The position numbers were made by a program, and so were the translations under genes. From positions 1 to 54,194 of the forward strand of contig JACPHB010000010.1 in the NCBI GenBank assembly GCA_016188835.1: 54,194 nt of DNA, written 5' to 3'. Positions 48,598 to 54,194 of the stretch are shown here, one piece after another (within the stretch, counting starts at the first letter, position 1; each line of letters starts with the position of its first letter). The DNA is from Parcubacteria group bacterium. Lineage in GTDB: Bacteria; Patescibacteriota; Minisyncoccia; UBA10092. The notes under the pieces were generated by a model, which worked only from the letters and a program-made list of their open reading frames with translations, was not told the DNA's origin and did not search any database.

Positions 48598-50010
48598 TTA
48601 GATATTTTTAATCTTTACTCCCGTAAGCAAAGGCCATTTTGAAATAACAGCTTCCGGAAATAACTTTAAGAACGAACGAGTTACAAATATTGCCGAAAAC
48701 ATGCTTACAATAACGCCGATACCAAGGGTTAAGGCAAATCCTTTTATTATGCTAGTGGTAAAATAGTACAAAACCGCCGTGGTAATTAAAGTTGAAATAT
48801 TAGAATCGCGGATTGACGGCCAGGCGCGAGCAAACCCGTCATCAATGGCCATCCCAAAACCCTTCCCGGATCGGGCTTCTTCTTTAAATCTTTCAAAAAT
48901 AAGAATATTGGCATCAACCGCCATGCCGATTGATAAAATAAATCCGGCAACTCCGGCCAGAGTCATGGTTACCGGTATTAATTTAAATAAAGCCAAAACT
49001 AAGGCAGTGTAAATTAGGAGCGCCAGCACCGCCGCAATTCCAAAAAAACGATAGTATAAAATCATAAATACCGCCACCATCAAAAAGCCGAGCATTCCGG
49101 CAAACAAGCTTTTATCAAGTGAGTCGCGGCCTAAAGAAGCGCCTACCGAGTCCTGTGATATTAATTTAATCGGCACTGGCAGGGCGCCGGCGTTAAGGCG
49201 TTCGGATAATTTTTTTGCTTCTGCAAGAGTAAACTTACCGGAAATCACCGCCGAACCGCCGGCGATCGGTTCTCTCACAACAGGAGCTGAAATTGGCAAA
49301 CCATCAAGATAAATGCCAAGCGGCTTTCCAACATTTTTAGTTGTCAATTCTTCAAATATTTTCGCTCCCTCATCATCAAATTGGACGCTCACCGTCGGCT
49401 GATAAGTTGTTTGATCAAATTCTACTTTGGCGCTTTTTATATACTTGCCGTTTAAATTAGTTGGTTTAAAATACGGGTCAGTCAATAAATAATCTTTATT
49501 TTCGGCTTTTTGTTCGCTTAAGATTTTTTTAGTTTCGGCTTCATCTCTTGGTTCTTTAAATTCCAAAAACGGCGTCTCGCCGATTAAATCAATGGCCTCC
49601 GAAATATCTTTAATCCCCGCAAGTTCAACTATTAAACGCCATTCGTCGGCCGCGTGCTCAACTTCAACCACCGGCTCGCTAACGCCAAAAAGATTAACGC
49701 GCCGCTCAACAACATCGCGCAGTCCGGACATAGCTGAACTTACGTCCTGGCCCGCTACCCCAGATACGTCGGCTAAATAAGTCAATCGCGTGCCGCCCGC
49801 CAAATCAAGACCGAGTTTAAACGGCATATTAAAAAAACCGGGAATTTTTACCGGTGAAACAACATTTATTTTATCAATAGCTTTATCCCACCATGCCGGA
49901 TAAACAAAAAATGCCGCCAAAATGGCAATGACAAAAATTGCTAAAACGGCAAAACGCACTTTTAAAGCGGCGTCTAATTTGAATAATTTATCAGGAGAAT
50001 ATCCGGTCAT
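48598..50010 (-). CDS. secD: Protein translocase subunit SecD
   Basis: The 470-aa protein has a periplasmic P1-like domain and a C-terminal 5-TM bundle (GMAVDANILIFERFKEE). Confidence 0.9.
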   Translation of the reverse strand: MTGYSPDKLFKLDAALKVRFAVLAIFVIAILAAFFVYPAWWDKAIDKINVVSPVKIPGFFNMPFKLGLDLAGGTRLTYLADVSGVAGQDVSSAMSGLRDVVERRVNLFGVSEPVVEVEHAADEWRLIVELAGIKDISEAIDLIGETPFLEFKEPRDEAETKKILSEQKAENKDYLLTDPYFKPTNLNGKYIKSAKVEFDQTTYQPTVSVQFDDEGAKIFEELTTKNVGKPLGIYLDGLPISAPVVREPIAGGSAVISGKFTLAEAKKLSERLNAGALPVPIKLISQDSVGASLGRDSLDKSLFAGMLGFLMVAVFMILYYRFFGIAAVLALLIYTALVLALFKLIPVTMTLAGVAGFILSIGMAVDANILIFERFKEEARSGKGFGMAIDDGFARAWPSIRDSNISTLITTAVLYYFTTSIIKGFALTLGIGVIVSMFSAIFVTRSFLKLFPEAVISKWPLLTGVKIKNI

Positions 50011-50034
50011 AATTCAAGCTAAATCGTAAAATCT

Positions 50035-50604
50035 TTAAACTTTTTTGTCAACATTTATCAATACTAATCGCCATTTCTTTTTTGACCAAACAGGGCCGGC
50101 ATACGCCACGCCTACGCGTGGTAAATTTACAATTTTTATTTTCCCGCTCAAAAAAGCATTTTTGAGCGAGGCTCGCTCCGAATTTGTCGGAGCGGCAATC
50201 CACAAACCTGTTTTAGGCAATGCAATTTTATTATTAAATTTTTTATCTATTTTTAGTTGTTTAGTAATTCTCGCTGGCCCATTAATTCCTTTAACGCCGC
50301 GGATTAAAACCGCTGCCGGATAATTTTTTGGGCCAGTCACGATATTTAACATCCAATGCATTCCGTAGGTGAAATAAACGTACCAGCGCCCCGCTTCGCC
50401 AAACATGGACGCGTTTCTTTTGATTTTCCCGCGCGACGCATGCGACGCCTTATCTTTTAAACCGTCATACGCTTCAACTTCTGTAATTATAAACTTATCA
50501 ATTTTTTTACCGCGCCGCCTTACAAGATATTTCCCTAAAAGCTCGCGCGCCACAATAAGGGTGGACCTATTAAAAAAATTTTCTCTTAAAACTTTGTTTT
50601 TCAA
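50035..50604 (-). CDS. mpg: DNA-3-methyladenine glycosylase (Mpg/AAG family)
   Basis: It contains ARELLGKYLV, ITEVEAYDG..DKASHA and YVYFTYGMHWMLNIV. Confidence 0.85.
   Translation of the reverse strand: MKNKVLRENFFNRSTLIVARELLGKYLVRRRGKKIDKFIITEVEAYDGLKDKASHASRGKIKRNASMFGEAGRWYVYFTYGMHWMLNIVTGPKNYPAAVLIRGVKGINGPARITKQLKIDKKFNNKIALPKTGLWIAAPTNSERASLKNAFLSGKIKIVNLPRVGVAYAGPVWSKKKWRLVLINVDKKV
50164..50194. repeat. GC-rich overlapping hairpins inside mpg
   Basis: The two hairpins gagcgag-g-ctcgctc and cgctccga-atttg-tcggagcg share 5 nt, so they are alternative folds. They encode NSERASL on the coding strand. Confidence 0.7.
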
Positions 50605-50647
50605 TTTAATTTATAATTTATTTTGTTTGTTTTGCGTGCTATAGCAT

Positions 50648-50965
50648 TCATAACAAACAAATTGATTTTATTTCATTTAAAATATCTTGAGGAATAGGGT
50701 TATGAATAGGGCTTTTGCCGGGATAGCGCCAAGCGGTAATTATTTTTATTTTTTCTTGTTTTTTAATCGACTGATATATAGTCCAAATTTCAGAATAATT
50801 TTTCCCACCAGCTGGTTGCATAGCCGCAATCATTTTAGGCACAATTGCTTCTTCCGTCCGCGCCGGATAACGGATTATTCTTTTAATTCTCTGGGGCGAC
50901 AGGCCGTAATGCCGCATTTTATAGATTGAATGCTTGGTCCAGAAGTATTTTGCGCCGCTTATCAT
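50648..50965 (-). CDS. Hypothetical protein, possibly a DUF4258-like toxin fold (tentative)
   Basis: The WTKHSIYKMRHYGLSPQRIKRII pattern is present. It overlaps the upstream nuclease gene by 4 nt. Confidence 0.4.
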   Translation of the reverse strand: MISGAKYFWTKHSIYKMRHYGLSPQRIKRIIRYPARTEEAIVPKMIAAMQPAGGKNYSEIWTIYQSIKKQEKIKIITAWRYPGKSPIHNPIPQDILNEIKSICLL

Positions 50966-51639
50966 ATTTTCAATTCTTTTAACTTTTCATGCCACGAACA
51001 AAATGGGCAATCGAAAGATGGTTTCGGCATTTCGCCCTCTAAAACATCAATGGCTTTCAGAAATTCCCCTTCCGCCTGTTTTGGGTTTGTCTTAAGGGTC
51101 TGCACATGAACATGAATCGGCACGCCATTATGAAGCTCTTCTCCATGTTCCGGATAATAATAAATCAAATGGCCAAAACCGGAAGTTGGCTTATTATTTT
51201 TTTCTAAAAGCAATGCGTAAAAATTAAGCTGATGCTGATAAGCGCCTAGCACATCTTCTTTATCGCGCGGGTCCGAACTGGAAGTTTTGTGGTCAACTGG
51301 CGTGTAAGTTCCATCACTCCTAATCAAACAATCGTCAAGCCGGCCCGTCAGCCCATATTTTTCATCATAGTCCCAAAAGTATTTTTCCTGAAAAGGATTT
51401 TCTAACTTTCCTTCAATTTTTCCTTCAACCATTGGCGGAAGTTCGCCAAGCGGCCGATATAAATCAAAATACTTTTTCAAAATTATATCAAAACGATTGG
51501 CTAACCGCGAAACTATTCCTTCCGGTTGTCTCAATTTTTGATTATACTGCAGCCAAAAACAACGCGGACAACGGTATATTCCCTCAATTCCCGAATGTGA
51601 TAGCCAAGTTTTTTTGCTTTTATTTTTATTGCTGTTCAT
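50962..51639 (-). CDS. PD-(D/E)XK nuclease, Cas4/RecB-like, with four Cys
   Basis: It has an N-terminal CPRCFW and the D...D.K motif (RLDDCLIRSDGTYTPVDHKT). It also has QxxxY (YQHQLNFYALLL) and a C-terminal CPFCSW. Confidence 0.7.
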   Translation of the reverse strand: MNSNKNKSKKTWLSHSGIEGIYRCPRCFWLQYNQKLRQPEGIVSRLANRFDIILKKYFDLYRPLGELPPMVEGKIEGKLENPFQEKYFWDYDEKYGLTGRLDDCLIRSDGTYTPVDHKTSSSDPRDKEDVLGAYQHQLNFYALLLEKNNKPTSGFGHLIYYYPEHGEELHNGVPIHVHVQTLKTNPKQAEGEFLKAIDVLEGEMPKPSFDCPFCSWHEKLKELKI

Positions 51640-51670
51640 ATTTTGATATAGTATGATACACTAATACTAT

Positions 51671-52543
51671 ATGTCAAAAACGGAAAAAATCGGAAAACCG
51701 AGCATGAAAGACCCAGAAAGCGGCGCCGACCGTGAGCTTGGCCAGCCGGTCTTTGACCGGGAGTTTGAGAAAGAATCAATTGAAGCAACTTTCCCCGTAG
51801 TTAAAGAAGCAATTAGTGAATTCTATGAAAAATATTTTAGCCGTGGTAAACAAATCAATCGTACGCTTCAGATAATTCGCGACGCCGAAAGAACATGTGG
51901 CATAGCGATAGAAATACTAAAGAAAGAAGACGGCGACGCGACATTAGCACTTTCAATTATTGAAAGCGCCCGCGGCGAACTCCAGTACGAAAGAGATCTT
52001 ATGGAATCACATAAACTGGAATCTGAAGAAGAGGTTAAAAATCAAGAAGCAGAAATAGTATGGCAGAAAAATTTTGAGAAGGATCTGCACTACCAAGAAG
52101 CCAGCGATATTCTTTTCAGTCATGATGAGTATGGCGTTCCGGAAAAACCTGATTTTATTGAATGGCTTGGCGAAACAAAAGAATCTATAAAAAAATTGGC
52201 AAAAGAGGAAGAAGAAAAATTTCGCGGCGCGCAGGAAGGTGATGGCATTGGCAAGCGCCCGTTCCGATCAAGATTATTAACCGACGTCCCGGCTATTGAG
52301 CGTTTTGAAATCGGCAAAGAAACTACGCGGGATTATAGGGAAATAATGGACGTGTTAAATAGCCGCCTTTTGGCCGAGCGCGAGCGTCTGGGCGTTTTGC
52401 TTCTTCAATACGGAGAAAATTCTGAAAGGGTTTTTTATGATAAAATGGCAAAAACCCTCGTCGGAGTGCGGCAGATGGAGCTATTTCTCGCTATGGCGGA
52501 AGGCGAACGCAACGAGCGAATTGCTAAAAAACAATTATATTAG
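51671..52543 (+). CDS. Acidic hypothetical protein (290 aa)
   Basis: This is an ORF only. It is divergent from the nuclease gene with a 31-nt spacer. Confidence 0.5.
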   Translation: MSKTEKIGKPSMKDPESGADRELGQPVFDREFEKESIEATFPVVKEAISEFYEKYFSRGKQINRTLQIIRDAERTCGIAIEILKKEDGDATLALSIIESARGELQYERDLMESHKLESEEEVKNQEAEIVWQKNFEKDLHYQEASDILFSHDEYGVPEKPDFIEWLGETKESIKKLAKEEEEKFRGAQEGDGIGKRPFRSRLLTDVPAIERFEIGKETTRDYREIMDVLNSRLLAERERLGVLLLQYGENSERVFYDKMAKTLVGVRQMELFLAMAEGERNERIAKKQLY

Positions 52544-53087
52544 AATAAATTATTTTTCCGTTTTCAAAAATATGGAAATTGCCGGTTTCTTCGGAAACCG
52601 TGAAAACTGTCGTGTTTTTAAAAATATAAGATGAAGCGATGGCCGCCAAATGCCGGCTGTGAACTTTTTCTTTAAAGCCGAATTGTTCGGAAAGGTCTTT
52701 AAATTGGCCGGGATTAATTTTTTGAGCAATAATTTTCGGCCGCAATCCCTCAATAATAATACCCGAATGGATAACATTTCCTTTTCTGTCAATCAAAATC
52801 GCTCCGTCAAAATTTATGGTGGTAGAAACATCGTGGCGCGCCGATGATCTTCTTTTTATTTTCATAATGTTAATATGGCGCTTCGCGAATATATCCTGCG
52901 TCTTATCAGAGATATCGGTAAATTTGCTCCATTTTCTCTGCCAGCCCAAAATCACAAAAAGTCCGAATTCTTTTCGGCGCTTCAATAATGACAATATTAA
53001 TTCCGCGACTTTTAATTTTAAGGGTAAAAATAAATCAATATTTGATTTCAAAAATATTTTTTCTATTTTTGGGATTTGTTTGTCCAT
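52524..53087 (-). CDS. Divergent DAC (DisA_N / diadenylate cyclase-like) domain protein without a TM anchor
   Basis: It contains GLFVILG, FDGAILIDRKGNVIHSG, HSRHLAAIASS and FTVSEETGNFHIFENGKI. These parallel the GALIVI, DGA, RHR and SEETG motifs of DAC domains, but the RHR motif reads RHL here. Confidence 0.55.
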   Translation of the reverse strand: MDKQIPKIEKIFLKSNIDLFLPLKLKVAELILSLLKRRKEFGLFVILGWQRKWSKFTDISDKTQDIFAKRHINIMKIKRRSSARHDVSTTINFDGAILIDRKGNVIHSGIIIEGLRPKIIAQKINPGQFKDLSEQFGFKEKVHSRHLAAIASSYIFKNTTVFTVSEETGNFHIFENGKIIYSNIIVF

Positions 53088-53158
53088 ACTTTATATATTA
53101 TATAACAAATTAAAATCCCATAAAGTTTTATGGGATATAATTATTAATGCCTTCAGAA

Positions 53159-54154
53159 TTATTCCTGATGAACATATTCAAACGGATATCTTGTAATTTC
53201 TTCCCAATTTTCATTAATCCATTGAATTACTTCGTCTATGCCATCAGATAGTTTAATTTGTGGCTGCCAAAATAACTCTTCCTTCGCTCTGGAACAATCC
53301 AAGTCAATCATGGGATCTTGATCTGCTCTGTCTTCAGTTACTTCGGTTGACGCTTCAAAATCACGATTCATTTTTTGGCAAATTAATTTTACCAAATCTC
53401 TTATTTCCATCGTATTTCCGCCGGAAAAGTGATACGCTTCCCCAGTTTTGCCGCCCAAAATAACGCGATGAATTCCATTACAAACATCCGATATGTGAAT
53501 AAAGCTTCTATGCGCTCTTCCCCCGCCATGAAGCGGAACCTTTGTGCCATTTTGTAAAAAAATAATCGTTCTTGAAATGATTCTGTACAACTGCTGATGA
53601 ATGCCGTAAACGTTAACCGACCTGATAAAAGAAACCGGAAATTCAAATTTCTTAAACATTGCCATCAGAAATAAATCGCCGGCTACCTTAGAAACCGCGT
53701 AGGGTGTTGACGGATTGTAACAATTGGAATCCTCCCGATAATTGCGGCAAAGTCCATAAACTTCCGGAGTTGAAATCTGGATATACTTTTTAAGGTAATT
53801 CTTATCTTTAAGGTTAAAAGCGAGATTGGGGATTCCAATCGCGTTAGTCATAAGCCAATGCATTGGATTAGTCCAGCTGTGCTGAACATTGCCCTGAGCC
53901 GCAAAGTTAACGATTATTTCCGGCTTTTCCCGGTCAAGCAGACGGATTATTTCCGGAAGTTCCGTATTAATATTCAGCTGAAAAAATCTGAAGCGCGGCG
54001 ACCTTTCTTTTCTGTAAAGATAAGGTAAAAACAGAGGCGGATATTCGGGCGAACGGCTGATGCCGATAATTTTTTGATCAGTATTTTTCAAAAAATAATC
54101 AACCAAATGGCTGCCGGAAAAAGAATTGCTTCCTAAAATCGCAATCTTTCCCAC
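53159..54154 (-). CDS. NAD-dependent sugar epimerase/dehydratase (extended SDR, 4,6-dehydratase-like)
   Basis: It has an N-terminal Rossmann fold (KIAILGSNSFSGSHLVDY) and a catalytic YxxxK (YAVSKVAGD). Confidence 0.75.
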   Translation of the reverse strand: MGKIAILGSNSFSGSHLVDYFLKNTDQKIIGISRSPEYPPLFLPYLYRKERSPRFRFFQLNINTELPEIIRLLDREKPEIIVNFAAQGNVQHSWTNPMHWLMTNAIGIPNLAFNLKDKNYLKKYIQISTPEVYGLCRNYREDSNCYNPSTPYAVSKVAGDLFLMAMFKKFEFPVSFIRSVNVYGIHQQLYRIISRTIIFLQNGTKVPLHGGGRAHRSFIHISDVCNGIHRVILGGKTGEAYHFSGGNTMEIRDLVKLICQKMNRDFEASTEVTEDRADQDPMIDLDCSRAKEELFWQPQIKLSDGIDEVIQWINENWEEITRYPFEYVHQE

Positions 54155-54194
54155 GCCTTGTCTCCCTAGCCATTAATTTGTCAAAAAACAATAA

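Overview
This is a compact, low-GC bacterial chromosome segment: hand counts on typical 60-nt lines give about 23-40% GC. Coding is mostly on the minus strand. Several things resemble a reduced CPR/Patescibacteria-type genome, which is an inference and not a database result. These are shortened housekeeping proteins (AlaRS 590 aa, LysRS 454 aa, ProRS 417 aa, L13 117 aa), two GT39-type membrane glycosyltransferases, and orphan VirD4/TraG-like ATPases.

The core genes are:
- three tRNAs (Met-CAT, Lys-TTT, Leu-TAA)
- ftsQ, alr, serS, lysS and greA
- mrdA-mreD-mreC-mreB, then proS
- rseP, frr, holB, a second mreB paralog, and murA
- a ribosomal/RNAP block: infA-rpmJ-rpsM-rpsK-rpsD-rpoA-rplQ-rplM-rpsI
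- alaS, mnmA, nrdJ, efp, secDF and mpg

The accessory or unusual content is:
1. Two paralogous loci encode a membrane domain plus a VirD4/TraG-like P-loop ATPase. One is a single fused gene at 1..2403, running off the window. The other is two genes at 41746..44814, followed by an SH3/trypsin-like protease and a small unknown gene. No other type IV secretion genes are visible in the window.
2. A family of about 98-nt hairpins has a conserved GC-rich core and covarying stems. There are three copies, at 20806, 22694 and 43466.
3. Several families of short GC-rich palindromes sit in frame inside conserved housekeeping genes, which resembles the Rickettsia palindromic elements.
4. A 36-38 bp palindrome (GAACGCA..TGCCTATAGGA..TGCGTTC) occurs four times. 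Three copies delimit a cassette-like island at 17.2-19.2 kb that contains a PaaX/Cas2-fold regulator. The fourth lies upstream of the ATPase operon.
5. A sharply bounded high-GC (about 52-67%) SPFH/Band-7 lipoprotein gene has its own promoter and terminator, and looks recently acquired.
6. There is a HicAB pair, a possible two-gene toxin-antitoxin-like module, a Cas4-like nuclease with no CRISPR array, and a divergent DAC-domain protein.

No rRNA, CRISPR array, transposase or integrase was seen.
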